64,000 bases of DNA from Epiperipatus broadwayi (GCA_028023455.1 JAQFVV010000001.1:5270001-5334000); one strand, 5' to 3'; counted from the stretch's first letter, positions 1-13,393 are shown. Notes: generated by a model not told the origin, from the sequence alone. Translations and numbers: made by a program.

Positions 1-976
1 TTCTTCATAAATTCTCTAGTCTCAGTAGAAATTTTATTAGTCAATTGCTGCTTTTTTCTACCAGCTATGTTTGTTGCAGTTTTTAAAAGTGTATCAGTTA
101 TTTTCATATTAATTTCATTCAAATCTGAATCATGTTCAAAATCTCCTAACACTTGAAATCTATTTGTAAGTTCTAATTTAAATTCATTAGAATGTTTCTG
201 AAGATTAGGATATTGTTTTTCTTAATAATTTTTGTCTCTCTAGTTTTACATTAACACGTAACTTACACCTTACTAATCGATGATCACTTCCTGTGTTAAA
301 TTTATTAAGAACATTACAATCTTGAAATATGTATTTTCTGTTAGTCAAAATATAATCCAATTCTGCTGTACCTTCATTTGGATGCTTCCATGTCCATTTC
401 CTTTTAACATTTTTCTCAAAAAATGAATTCATAATATAAAGTTTTTCTTTTTTTGCAAACTCCACAAGTCTATGTCCTCTCTCATTTCTATTACCATAAC
501 CAAAATTACCTACAGCAATTTCATCTTTCATTTGTCTACCAATTCTAGCATTAAAGTCTCCCATAACAATTTTAAAATGTTGTTTACTCTGATCAAAAGC
601 CTTTTGTACAATCTTCTACTACTTCATCACTATGAGAACTTGTTGGGGCATAAACCTGAATTATCTGCATTTGGTATCTGCTATTAAGTTGTATAACTAA
701 TCTTGCCACTCTGTCCGATACACCATCAATCTCCACAATATTGTTCTTCCACTTTTTATTTATAATGAATCCTACTCCACTTGTATTTTCAATATGTGTG
801 CCTTTATAATAGAGTATATGTCCACTTTTTAAATCAATTGTTTCTTCTCCTTTTCTTCTAACTTCACAAAGTCCAATAATGTCCCATTTAATATAAGACA
901 GTTCTTCTAATTCTTGCAATCTTCCTTCACTTGAAAGTGATCTGCAGTTTTAAGTACCTAAATAAAAAGTCGTCAT
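1..976 (-). mobile_element. RTE-clade non-LTR retrotransposon fragment (AP-endonuclease region), frameshifted, runs off the left edge
   Basis: Minus-strand ORFs 593-919 (WDIIGLCEVRR...IIQVYAPTSSH) and 205-564 (MGDFNARIG...WTWKHPN...LDYIL...SDHRLV) carry APE motifs typical of RTE ORFs; homologous to the copies at 17670 and 54950. Confidence 0.9.
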
Positions 977-1682
977 CAAAAATGAATTGAATAAAAATAT
1001 TCAAATAATCTAGGTAAACGAATGGGTACTTTACCTTCACTACACAGTATATTGTTTTTAAACACAAAACCCTCAGCAAAGCCTCTTGAGGCATTTAATA
1101 AAATAATAAGACTGGGACAGTCTGCTAAAAGTTCTAATGGTTTGATTACTTAGAGGAGCCGAGATCCTGGGAATGTAGTTCACCGATGATGATCTTCACT
1201 ACAACTTACGTGTGAAATGAGAACAGCAATCAGCCACCAAGAGTGTCCAGTCCTTTTTTGCTAGGTTTATATACCCCCCCCCTCTTCTTTTTTCTTTTAC
1301 TTTTTTTTCTGGAGTAATTAATTTTTTCCCACATAAATTCAAAAGGGGGTGTGTGTCTTGATTTTTACTTTAATTAGTTCTGCTTAAAACAATTTAACTA
1401 TTATTAGACTTAAGAGAGTTGTTCTCTGCCTGTAAATCAATAGTTATTGTACAATGAAATTCTCTTAACTTTAATTACTAATTCCCCATTTAGCTTAGGA
1501 ATTTATTTCCACTGTAATCTAATCTTTCAAATCTACAAAGTTAATTAATATATACATTTGTTTTGTTTGTCTCTATCCAAAGCTTTTATTTATTAACTTA
1601 GTTTAATGAAACATTTTTCTTTTATCGAATTCTTTCACAGCACCATAACCAAATTTATTAAATATACATTGAATATTTTATA
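977..1682 (-). repeat. 3' LTR of Gypsy element 1
   Basis: Colinear homology to 5741-6455 over its whole length; the inner boundary is approximate and no TSD is visible. Confidence 0.8.
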
Positions 1683-4600
1683 CTCTTTGCTTACGCCAGA
1701 AAATTTGCTTAGGTTTCATGTATTCTTTGAATTTAACTGGCCTTCATATGTTATCTGAGTCTGGTTGATATAGTTGTTATTATGTTTGGCAAGTTCATCT
1801 CGCCTAATTTCGGGTTTAGACTCACTGCTTTCTAGATCTTGATTCTCTTTGATCACCATTTCGTGTGGTATTGTTTCTGCTATCTCTTGTTTTTCTTGCA
1901 TTTCATCTTGCAATTTGCAAGTTTCCTCAATTAGACAGCGAACATGATTTACATGTCTCCTGCATGTGCTTCAGTTATTACTACTTTTTTAAAATAAATT
2001 TTGTGACTACTCCTTGAATCATTTCTTTCTGATCACAATCTCAATCCCAAATTTTGTTACCTAATATGTATGCATTTTCACTTTTTTCGCCAGTTATATG
2101 TGTATTTTCACTTTTGTCACTTTCTACTTTATCAGCCATATTAAGAAGTAGAAGTGATAAGTTAATCCACAATTTCCTTCCTATTAATAATTCTGCTGGA
2201 AATTTTCCTGTAATTGTTGGTGAAGCATGGCATTATATATTGCTTGCTGCATATTTTTCATTCTTTGATTTCTTAAGAGTTTTATTATTTGTATGGCCTT
2301 TTCAGCAAGGCCATTCAACTCTGGGTGATACAGGGGTGTGTATATACATTGTCGATAAGTAGTTTTCCAATTCTTGTGGTGAATCCAGCGCCGTTGTCGC
2401 ACATGATGGTTTCTGGTAAACGTGACAAGAAAACACTGTGTTTAAGGTTTCTATTGCATTCATATCTTTTACTAAGTGACACTCTGCCCATTTTGAACGT
2501 GCATCTATAAGTATCAGCAATATTTTGCTGCTTATTGGACCTGCGTGGTCTATGTGCACTCTATGCCAAGATTTAGTTGCTATTGGCAATGGATTATATT
2601 CCTTTGCCTTCATATTCATCTCCGATTGACAGGCCGTACATCTTTTGATGTATTGCTTGATCTCTGTTATTTGTGGCCATTAGATATAGTTGCAAGCTAA
2701 TGCTTTGGCCCACATATTTCCAGGATGACCTTTGTAGTTTTAGAACTTGATGTCTGCCTTCAGTTAGTATTACTATCTGATCTCCCAATAACACACAACC
2801 TTTACAAATAGACAATTTGTTTTGGTTTATCCAGAACCCTGGGGTAACATAGTGAGGTTTTGAAATATGCCAGTTGTTTTTAATAACCCATAAGCAGTTG
2901 ATAATCTTCATTGGCTTTTTTTCAACTAGTTATTTTTCTATTATTAAATATTTCTGATTTCAACATGTCACTATAATTTATGTCCGTCTCTATACTGCAT
3001 GGTTCTTCTTTATCTGGAAGTTGGGATAATGCATCAGCATGTGAGATCTCTTTGCCCTTCCTATATTCTAATTTGTAGTCGTAAAATGACAAAATATTTC
3101 TCCAATGCATCATGCGTGGTCTTTTCCTAGAAACATTCTTCTGAAAATTTATTGATGAAATTTTTTCAGGGCAAACATAATAGTCAAAGCCTCTTTATCA
3201 ATCTGACTGCAGTTTCTCTCCGCTTGTGAATGTACATTATGCATATGCAATGGGGCGTTCCTCCTTATAATTAAGGAAGAGAGAACTGCATCCCCCCATT
3301 ATGTAGCATCAATAGTTAAACACATTTCCAAATTACTATTAAAGTATAGTAACAATTTGTCCGGTGACAAAGAGCTTTAATTTTGTTGAACGTTTCATCA
3401 TGAATTTCTAATCATTGCTATTTCTGATCTTTTCTCAATAAGTCATGCAATGGCTTTGCTACATGTGCTTTATTTATTAAAAAAAGCTTAATTTATCAAC
3501 CCCAAATATGTTTGTAGTTGTTTAAAATTTATGGGTTTTATTGCATTTTACACTGCCCTTACTTTTTCGGGTGCTGACCCTCCCCCCCATTAGAAATTAA
3601 ATGACCGAGGAAAACTCTTTCGCATGCCACATGCATTTTTGGGCATTTAATTTCACGCCAAATCCGTTTAATTTTTCACAAACCATAAAGTTTTTTCTGT
3701 AGTATCTCTTGAGTTTGCCATGATGAGTATGTGATCAAAGTAAGGGATAACCCCTCTAGGCCCTGGACCAATACGTTAATTTTTTCTTGAAAAATGTTAG
3801 GGGCTGTTGATATGTCAAATAGTAAACGGTTATATTTAAATAATCTCATCGGGTTGTCAAAGGTTAATATTTCAGCTGATTTATCTGTCCATCGTCTGTA
3901 TCTGGTGGAATGCAGAATTCAAATCCATTTTTGCAAAATGTCAAGCATTTTGGAGACTGGCTAATATTTCCCTCACATTTGGAACAGGGTAAGCTACCCT
4001 ATTAAGATATTTGTTGACCATTACTCTGTAATTGCCACATAATCTAATTTCACTGTTTGGCTTAATTATCACTACTAAAGATGTGGCCCAATCCCAGGTT
4101 TCGATTGGTATTAAGATGCCCTTAGACATTAAAGAATTTAATTTTTCCGCCAGTTTCTCTTTTTTTAGAAAACGAGCTTTCCAGTAACTTTACATCAATT
4201 GGGATCGTTGTAATTGATCCCATTTCTTCATTAAACAAATCGGGATATTTGTATGCTATTTCCTGTTCAATAGAGATTTTTTTTATAATATTAATTTGAA
4301 TTCCTAACTCGTGGAACCACTCCCTCCCAAGAATGGAACTAATCTTCTCTTTTACTATGTATAGAGGTAGATTCCTTTTTTTCCCAGTGATTATTGGGCA
4401 CTGTCACATGGCCTAATAATCTAGCGTGTTTCCATTTACATCACATGCTCTAATGTTAGTTTTCTCTAATTTACTTTCCACATTAACTGATGACAGCGAT
4501 GTCCAGTCTGTTAGTGACATCAGGGAAATACCTGACCCACTATCAATTTCCATTGACACCTCTTTTCCAAAAATTATTAACTTAATCATACAGATTTAAT

Positions 4601-5740
4601 CCTTGGACATCCTTGTTTTTAGTCATTTCAGTACCTCCCCTATTTGCTTGATTGGTAATTTATTTCTGTCTTTAATATTACCTTCTTTGTTACACATATG
4701 TGCCAAATGACCCTTTTTATCATATTTAAAACACGTTTCTTTGAGCCACCTGCATTATTTTGCCATGCGACCCCTCTTTCTGCAGCAAAAGCATGTCCCT
4801 TTAGCATTTCTTATTTCGATCAGTTTTCCACGATATGGTACTCTCCTTTTCTGTGTTGAACACTCCCATTCTTAGTGTTTTCCTCAGTTTTAGTTCTAAA
4901 AACCTGAGCCTTTTCCAGAATTAGTTCATACACTATGCCTTTCTTAATGGCCATAATTATATAATGTATGTGATATCAGGCTCTGTAAGTAGCTGTTGTC
5001 TGATTCTATTGTCAGACATACTCTATAATAACTGGTCCATGGGTCTTTCCTCAATGAAATCCCCATAATCACAATCCTTTGCTAACTCCCTCAGAGCTGA
5101 GTTGTACTCTTTAATTTTTTCATTAAACTGCTTCCTATTTTGTAAGGTTAAGCGAGCTATGTGCCAGAATGGACAAGGACTAAAATGATCACTTTATCTC
5201 TTCATCAATTCCTCATATTTTACATTCTCTGTTATGGATATCTGAAACAATCTACTTATAACCTCTATTACTTTTTTTGCCAGCAAACACATAAATGCCG
5301 TTATTTTCCATTTATGATCTTCGATACCATTCACCGTGAAAAAATTCTCTAATTGCATTACATATAACGGCCATTCCGATGCAATACTGACATCAAATTC
5401 CTCTATGCTATTTTGACCAAATGAACTCATTTTACTGTCTATTGTTAACTGTCCCTACTACTAACTTCCATCTGTCTGCCAGATTCAACACTGACTGCTC
5501 CTGACTTACTAACATTTTAAAAAAAAACTCTTATTTCCCCTTAAGTTCAAAATAACTGCTCCACTAATTTGCTGCGTCTCCAACTATGACCAGGCAGTCA
5601 GCAAACATGAATACACAATTGATGTTAACAGACAATAATATAGCAGTGTTAAGACAATTTATTAGCAATTAAAACAGTTAACTAATTTTTCAGTATATAT
5701 ATATAAGTCTGCACTTAGGCAAGCATAACTAATCAGCCAA

Positions 5741-6455
5741 CAAAAATGAATAATTGAATAAAAATATTTAAACAGTCTAGGTTAACGAATAGAGTACTTT
5801 CACTAAACAGTCTGCTCTTTTAAACACAAAAACCTCGGTAAGCCTCGAGGTGTTTCATAAAATAATAATCCAAGACTGGGACAGTCTTCTAAAAGTCCTA
5901 ATCAGCTTGGTTACCTACAGGAGCTGAGATCCTGAGAATGTAGTCCAACGATGATCTTCACTGCAACTCAGGCATAAAATCAGAACAGCATACAGCCATC
6001 CAGAGTGCCCAGTCCTTTCTTCTCTAGCTTTATATACCCCCCTCTTGTTTTGTTTTCTTATTTTCATTTTTCTTTACTTTCTTTTCTGGAGTAATTAATT
6101 TATTTTTTCCCACGAAATCCGGTGGTTTTTTTCTTGAATTTTACTTTAATTAGTTCTGCTTAAAACAATTTAACTATTATTAGACTTATAGAGTTTTGTT
6201 ATCTGCCCATAAATCAATAGTTATTGTACAATAAAATTATCTTAACTTTAATTACTAATTCCTTGTTGATCTTAGGAATTTATTTCCACTGCAATCTAAC
6301 TTTTCAGACCTATAAAATTAATATATACATTAATTTTATTTGTCTCTATTCAAAGCTTTTATTTTTTAACTTAGTTTAATTAAACATTTTTCTTTTAACG
6401 ATTTCTTCCACAGCACTATTACTAAATTTATTAAATATACATTGAATATTTTACA
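5741..6455 (-). repeat. 5' LTR of Gypsy element 1
   Basis: Homologous to 977-1682; ends ...GAATATTTTACA on the + strand (TGT start on the minus strand). Confidence 0.8.
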
Positions 6456-8085
6456 AGATTTATTAACAATAAATTGCCAGGGTATATATTTATATATATT
6501 TTACTGAGTGTATGTTCCTCATGCATTCAATGAGAAAACAATAATAAGGAAAAAAAAATACTATACCACATTTTTATTTTTTAATAAAATTAACAGAGAA
6601 TTGACTGACTTTCACTACAATAATATATGCTCTGGCAATATATATTTTTTATCTATAAAAAGGCAAAAATAGTCTTGGTATCAAAAAACTATGAACTCTA
6701 ATTTTTTTCATGTTTTAAATCAGTATCAACTTTAAGTATGTTTTTAGCAAAAGCTTAGAGAACATTTTATTATATGAAATATTGAACATCAAATTAGAAA
6801 GAGTAATAAAAGAAGAATAAAATGTATGTGCTTCTACTATAAACTGAAGACATTTTATTAAAAACACAATCATATATGGCACTCCAAGATAGAAAAACCG
6901 CTGTTGGCAGATTGTAAAATTTATTTAGAAATTTTTATTTTATTTTTATAAACATGATCACATAAATGGTTGCTCATCTATTGGTATTAAATTTATGAAT
7001 TTTAATGTGTTTACATTTTTTTTTGAATAGTGTATAACTAAAGTCATGTATAATGACAGAATATAGTTTGCAACTTCACTATAATAAAATGATACTGAGG
7101 ATATTGCATGTGCCATGAACTAACTACAGTAAAGCTGCAACTATGTCATAACAAAATATATGACTTCAATTATATGCTATCCCAAAAAAATATAAAAGCA
7201 GCAAACAAAAATGCAAATAAGCAAACAAAAAAAACATCAAAATTTGCAAATTTAATACATTTCACAATAGTCAAACAGGCATTTTTCATTTCTGGGCACC
7301 ATATATGGATCACTTTCATAATAATAAAATTGTTTGTGTCTCAAAAAACCATAAATGATGATGTTCATTATATTGAAATAATATATTTTTATTCTTCATG
7401 TATTACTCTTTTTCAATTTGATATGCAATATTGTGCATAATAAAATATTTTTTAAGAGTAATGCTAAAAGTTTTACAAAATTTTAAACATACTCAAAGTT
7501 AATATGAATTAAAACAATTAGAAAAATTATAATTTCTTAATAAAGAGTCTATCCTATGTTTTTAAAAGAGAAAAAAATTACTAAAAAAAAAAAAAAAATA
7601 TTGCCCAGAAGGTATTTCATTTTGATGAAAGTCAGACATTTTATTATTTACTTTATTTAAGATATAAAAATATGCTATAGTAAATTTCTTTTCTTATTTT
7701 ATAATAAAATGGTTGAGTGATCACACCCCCAATAAGACATATGTAAATGTATCCCTTCAATTTATTATCAATAACTATATTATTATTATTATTTAAAAAT
7801 TGTTTATATTAATTATAATCTTAATTTATATATGAATACAATACACATGAAAAAGCGTCGATATATATATATACGTGTGTGCATGTTAAAAAGTACTGTA
7901 CACTTGCAATTTAACAAACAATAAGGATTTTATTCTGTTCATGCTATATACATTTGAGTATGAGGAGGGTTTGGAAGAAAATATGCAGTTTCACTATATA
8001 GTTAATATTTATTTATAAATTTTATTTTTTTGACATATTAAGTTTCATAAGATTAAATAGTTTTTTAACATATAAATTATACTTA

Positions 8086-8890
8086 TGTTATATATAGAGC
8101 TCGCAAATAAGCTCTTAACAAGCTTAGCAGAATATCCCCAACACCAGACCGGTTTCTGCTACTGACTTCCTCAGTGAGGTGCTAGGATATTCAAACATTA
8201 GATTAAAAATACCAGGACAAGCCCAGCACTAATGGATAACTATTAAGTAGAAAATCTGAAATTTTCAGACATCCATGTCTTCCAATCTAGCTATCTAACT
8301 TAAATAACCATATGGGATTGAACCAAGTTCAGATACACCACATATTAATAACTTTAACAATATAAAATCGCCAAAGCCATAATAGCAAAAAATAAAATCA
8401 CAAAAAAAATCTAAGTCATATGTCACATAACCTAATTTAACAAGCTTAGCATAATATCCTCAACCTTAGACTGTTTTCAAGCTTGTTAAATTAGGTCATG
8501 TATCATATGACTTGATTTTTTAGCAATTTTATTTTTTGAAATTAAGGCTTCGGCGATTAAAGTTATTAATATATGGTGTATGAACTTGGTTCAGTCCCAT
8601 ATGGCTATTTAAGTTAGATAGCTAGATTGGAAGTCATATAGATGTCTGAAAATTTCAGAATTTTCTACTTAATAGTTATCTATTAGATAAAGAGCTGGGC
8701 TTGTCCTGGTATTTTTAATCTAATGCTTGAATATCCTAGCACCTCACTGAGAAAGCCAGTAGCAGAAACCAGTCTGGAGTTGGAGATATTTTGCTAAACT
8801 TGTTAAGAGCTTATTTGCGAGCTCTATATATAACATTTGTAATACAAGCTTGTTAAATTAGGTCATGTGACATGACTTGATTTTTTTTTG
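8086..8890 (+). mobile_element. Foldback hammerhead element, family B copy 1
   Basis: Inverted arms ~8086-8450 and ~8480-8835, unique tail 8836-8890, perfect 13-bp direct repeat TAAATTATACTTA at 8073-8085 and 8891-8903; HHR motif in both arms. Confidence 0.85.
8130..8192 (-). ncRNA. Type I hammerhead ribozyme (family B)
   Basis: Minus strand reads GAATATCCTAGCACCTCA-CTGAGGA-AGTCAGTAGCA-GAAA-CCGGTC-TGGTGTTGGGGATATTC: intact CUGANGA and GAAA core, palindromic stem III ACCGGU, GUC triplet, bulged stem I. The base of stem II is A-A here but U-A in sister copies (11904, ~57557). Confidence 0.75.
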
Positions 8891-8998
8891 TAAATTATAC
8901 TTAATAAATATATATATACATACACTGTGATAGGATGACTATCATCATCATCATGAATAAGGTATAATACATTAAGCGGTCTAGATAATTTTGATATT

Positions 8999-9309
8999 AT
9001 AGAGAACTGGAGCTAGGTTTAAAATGATAAACTCTAAAACATTGATTGGCAGGTGCTTCCTGATCCACCATATTGTTATAGAAATCAAGCATAAAGTATA
9101 TTTGATTGTATAAAGAAAGAAATAACAGCATGAACATTCCAGTTCCATTTTATTACAAAGCAAAATATATCCCTTTTTCTTTCTTTTTATTTCTTTATAC
9201 AATCAAATATACTTTATGCTTGATTTCTATAACAATATGGTGGATCAGGAAGCACCTGCCAATCAATGTTTTAGAGTTTATCATTTTAAACTTAGCTCCA
9301 GTTCTCTAT
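8999..9309. repeat. Local ~120-bp inverted duplication
   Basis: 9190-9309 is the reverse complement of 8999-~9120; the right copy is flanked by a 22-bp direct repeat (9168-9189, 9307-9328). Confidence 0.85.
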
Positions 9310-11533
9310 CCCTTTTTCTTTCTTTTTAAAAGATATGGCAAATTACTCCAGCTTAATTTATTTAAAGACTCATTTTAAGTAATAAATTCATTTGGTAATG
9401 TGTAAAAGATTAAATCATGCATTGTTAATATCAGTTTTTGGATTCATTTCAATAACAATGCTGAATTCAAATTTCAGATGAATGGTAAGAGGAACAAAGA
9501 CCAATCTTGCATCATTTTAAAGTAAATGAAAAGGTCTATCTAGTGAGGCATATTTTATTAATGAGATATAAAACACCAAATAGATATACTGTTTCAAAGT
9601 TAAGTCATTTTGAACATATATATATTTTAGCTGAAACAGATGTTTTGTAAATTCCTTTTGTATGATTGTTTAAAAAAAAAAGAAAAGAAAAAAAGTTTTG
9701 AGAAATTTTTTTTTTAATTAAAAGAAAGTTTAATTAAGAGCTCATTTAAGATAATCCAGATATTGATTAGAAGGCAATTTCAATTTTGGTTTAGAATGTA
9801 GATTTTAATCTTAGAGAAGATTATCCCATTTTCAAATGTGATAGTTCTAATTTTGGATGCAAAATTAATTAAATACGAAGTGTTATAGAGGTTGTATATA
9901 AAGAGAGGTGACAAAAATAAGGGGAGGGGAGTATATTAGTGAGTTAAAAAGTTGAGCAGCCAAGAGGGAGAAAAATAAGAGAGATTAGCAAAATCGGAAT
10001 TCAGCACTTACTGCTAAAATAACTTTTAAGCAGTTTAAAACTATAATGTAACTGTATAATAATATTTTTTTTAAAGTTACAGATAATTTGATTTTGTTGA
10101 ATGTCAATTCATTCATGGTGCCGTCGTTTCACATAGTATAGACTAAAACGTATTAAGTGGCTGCCTAATTATTGTCTATAAGTTAATCTGACAATCATGA
10201 TGAAAGTCTTGCTTGTCAAAATAACTTGAGTGATGTCCTGATTATGTAGTTTGCTGTTTGCAATGTATTGCCTGTTAAAAAAAAAGCCATATAACAAATA
10301 TATCAAAAAATAACATTGTTTGGTTGAGAAAATATTCTATGAACAAGCTCAGAAAGTGATTCAAAGTGACAGAATTCCAAATATCATAATCTGAATCATT
10401 CTAAAGTCAAAGACATTAGTATAGCATAATAGATTATTATAGAGGTCCCCAAAATATCTATAAGCTTATGAATTATTGCAAAACCTGCTATAAGGTATCT
10501 ATCTATTTTAATGTATTATATGATTATATTTTTTGTTTATTTTATTTTACATAAAGTTTATTTCACTGTTATACATTATAATGGACATTGTGTTATAAAT
10601 GAATGTAATGAATCATCGGATTTTTTTTTTTTCTTGTGGATAATTATTTGGCTATGCCATTCTTAGATATATATTTCTCAGGAAAAAAATGCTAATCAGC
10701 GTATTTACAATTTTGTGATGCTTATTATTATTATTATTATTATTATTACTTTTTTTTTCTTTTATTAGTTAGTTGAATAAACTTTGGCATTAATATAATA
10801 GAAAACATTTAGTTGTGTGCAGTTTTTGTTCACTGTCTCATTCCACAAATTAAATGGCATTGACAAAATGTATAAGCAGAATGTTAACAGAGAAGCCATT
10901 AGGGTTGTGAAGCTGAGATAAGTCTTGATTTATATTCATTAGGTGATTCTTCTATGGTAGAAGTTAGTGTCTTGAGGCCCTGGTTATTGCCATGAGTCTT
11001 TAAGCTAAGCTACCAGTATGTAATGATTTTCGGACAGACTGTCAGAAAGCTGTCAATCAAAAAATGATGATGATCAGGAAATATAGCTTTTCATTGTGGA
11101 TGTGTAGAAGTGGTAGAATGGATAAATTCTCACTTGATCATCATCAATTCTAAACATGACCATAAGGAAAATGTCAATAATAAGTGAGGGGTGGTGGTGA
11201 ATATTGCTAGTTTTCTGGATATAAATAGTTTATAATGGCTATCATATGTACACTCAAATATATGACTAGATATATTTTCTCATTTAAGACAATTTTAAAA
11301 GCCTAGATCGGGGATCAACAAATTAGGGCTCATGAGTCAAACGTGGTTCTTTGATCCCATTCCTCTAGCTTTTTTTAATTATAATAACATAAATACATTT
11401 TTTTATTTCCTCTTGTGATTTGTAATTAAATATTTTTTATGACTCTAGGGGAGAAAAAATGTGCATTACAAAGTTGTTTCTTGAATTCAACCTTATTATA
11501 AAATAATAATTATTAAAAAGCAAATATAGTATA

Positions 11534-11824
11534 TATACTTAAGCTAATTGTAATTAAAGGGACTTGAACCCAGACTTTCAAGCTCCCTTCAGCCATTGAC
11601 TCTATTTAATATTGAAAAAAATAAATGATCTCCAATATATATAATTTATGCTGTACCAGCACTCATCAGCCAGACCAACTGATGAGTGCTGGTTCAGCAA
11701 TAAATACATATATTGGAGATCATTTATCTTTTTCACATGTATGTAGTCATGTGGTTATATTAAATAGAGTCAATGATTGAAGGGAGCTTGAAAGTCTGGG
11801 TTCTAATCCCCTTCAATTACAAAT
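11534..11824. mobile_element. Foldback hammerhead element, family A copy 1 (old)
   Basis: Inverted arms folding at CCAGCACTCATCAG / CTGATGAGTGCTGG; HHR GAAA is mutated; 15-bp flanking repeat with 2 mismatches (11519-11533, 11825-11839). Confidence 0.75.
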
Positions 11825-11852
11825 AGCAATTGTAGTATAATAATATTTAAAT

Positions 11853-11976
11853 GACCTGGTATTTTAAATGTAATACTTGAATATCCTAGCACCTCGCTGA
11901 GGATGCCAGAAATAGAAACTGTCTGGGGTGGGGATATTCTGAAAAGCTTGTTAAGAGCTATTGGCAAGCTCATTAG
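11853..11976 (+). mobile_element. Family B minimal insertion (HHR region only)
   Basis: Homologous to ~8705-8825; contains CTGAGGA-TGCCAGAAATA-GAAAC-TGTC-TGGGG; perfect 13-bp TSD ATAATATTTAAAT (11840-11852, 11977-11989). Confidence 0.75.
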
Positions 11977-13393
11977 ATAATATTTAAATATTAGAAATTT
12001 ATAAATAAATCAAACTATCAAACTAATTTTTTTTTTTAATTTTATTTTTAAGAATCTATATATATTTTTTAAGATGTATATAGACTCTATTATTAGAATA
12101 AATGTTCAATATATTTACAGCCATTCAGAAATATGTATTTTTCATGAACATATTTTTCACCTCTTTCCTTGTGTTTTTTGGCTTTTCAATACAATGGGAT
12201 GGGGGATGGGGAAGGAAGTTCTAAACTAAATGGCTCTTTTTGTTAAAAAGTTTGCTGATCCCTGGTCTAGATAATAACATTTGATAATGCAGTGATATAT
12301 TGCTTGTTATTGCTTCACACATTATTATTTCTTTATGATCAATAAACATCTTTCAGAAAGAATTAAATAAACTCATAAATAAATGTTATATACATATATG
12401 TTTATTTTAAAAAAAAAAAATCAATAACTTGATTTACAAAAAAAACAAAAACAAAATTACCTTTTTATAAGATGACTGACAGTTGTGTTGCATATAGTGA
12501 ATATGATCCTTACTGTAAGAATAAAATTTCAAACTTTTAAAGATGTTTAACAAAAATGCAATTTTAATTTAGTATACAATAAAATATTTTGATTAAGAAG
12601 CTCTTATTAAAAAACCTTAAAATAGAGAAGTGACATATAAATGTATATACAATTAAACACTATTTTATATTAAAAATTATAATTCAAAAAGCAACTGTGG
12701 CATATTCAAAGAATATATTTTTATCACAAAGAAATATTTATAAATAGTAAATTTGATTTAATAGAAAAAAATTTTTTTTTTTATAATATTAGAACTATTT
12801 TATATTGAACTTATTTATAAATTTTTACATTCATGCACACACATGCAAAGAAAATAAAGTTAATGATAAATTAAATAAGTTATATTTATTATCATAAAAT
12901 CAATATTTCTATTCTCAAGCAGATTCTTCACACTTTCTATGATTTTTCATAGTTATCCATTAAAAGAGATTTAAGAGAAAGGAAGGGAGAATGTCACTGT
13001 TCTTCATGATTAGATTACACCAAAAACAGTGATCAATTAAGTACAAATTTGTGACAAATACAGATCAAATTTCCATATACAGTAATTAAAATAAGTTCAT
13101 CAATTAAAATTTTATGTGACAATATAAAAACACAAAGTTAATATTTATTTTCCCCTTTGCATTCAATTTAAATTAAAACAAAACAAATGCTCTTTTTCTT
13201 TTTGCTTCTATAATTTTGCTATTAGTAATTTTACAATTAAAATCATTTTTTCAAGAGTAATTTTCTTTAACAAAATGAGGAATGTCTAATTTATTAGATT
13301 TCTTAAATATCTAGTAATAATAATTTGGTAATATTTTTCAGAATATTCACTTTTATAAATTTAACATGATTTACCACATTGTAAGTTATATAT

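Larger units (their letters stand above)
977..6455 (-). mobile_element. Decayed Ty3/Gypsy LTR retrotransposon (Mag-like), element 1
   Basis: ~700-bp diverged direct repeats at 977-1682 and 5741-6455, with the right one starting TGT on the minus strand. Between them, in Gypsy order on the minus strand: gag (from 5430), two degenerate CCHC knuckles (~4700-4800), protease MEIDSGSG (~4530-4560), RT (WATSLVVIIKPNSEIRLCGNYR; YFDH), RNase H and integrase (WHRVHIDHAGP). Many stops and frameshifts. Confidence 0.9.
11309..12264. mobile_element. hAT-type MITE containing nested insertions
   Basis: TIRs CGGGGATCAACAAA and TTTGCTGATCCCTG; 8-bp TSD GCCTAGAT (11301-11308) / GTCTAGAT (12265-12272), matching the NTCTAGAN target preference of Charlie-like hATs. 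Confidence 0.75.

Noticed and set aside
5571-5592. PBS of Gypsy element 1 (TGGTCATAGTTGG)
   Set aside because: It is ~150 bp from the end of LTR homology and I cannot match it to a tRNA 3' end.
8981-9378. Twin ORFs on opposite strands with identical peptides
   Set aside because: Artefact of the local inverted duplication.
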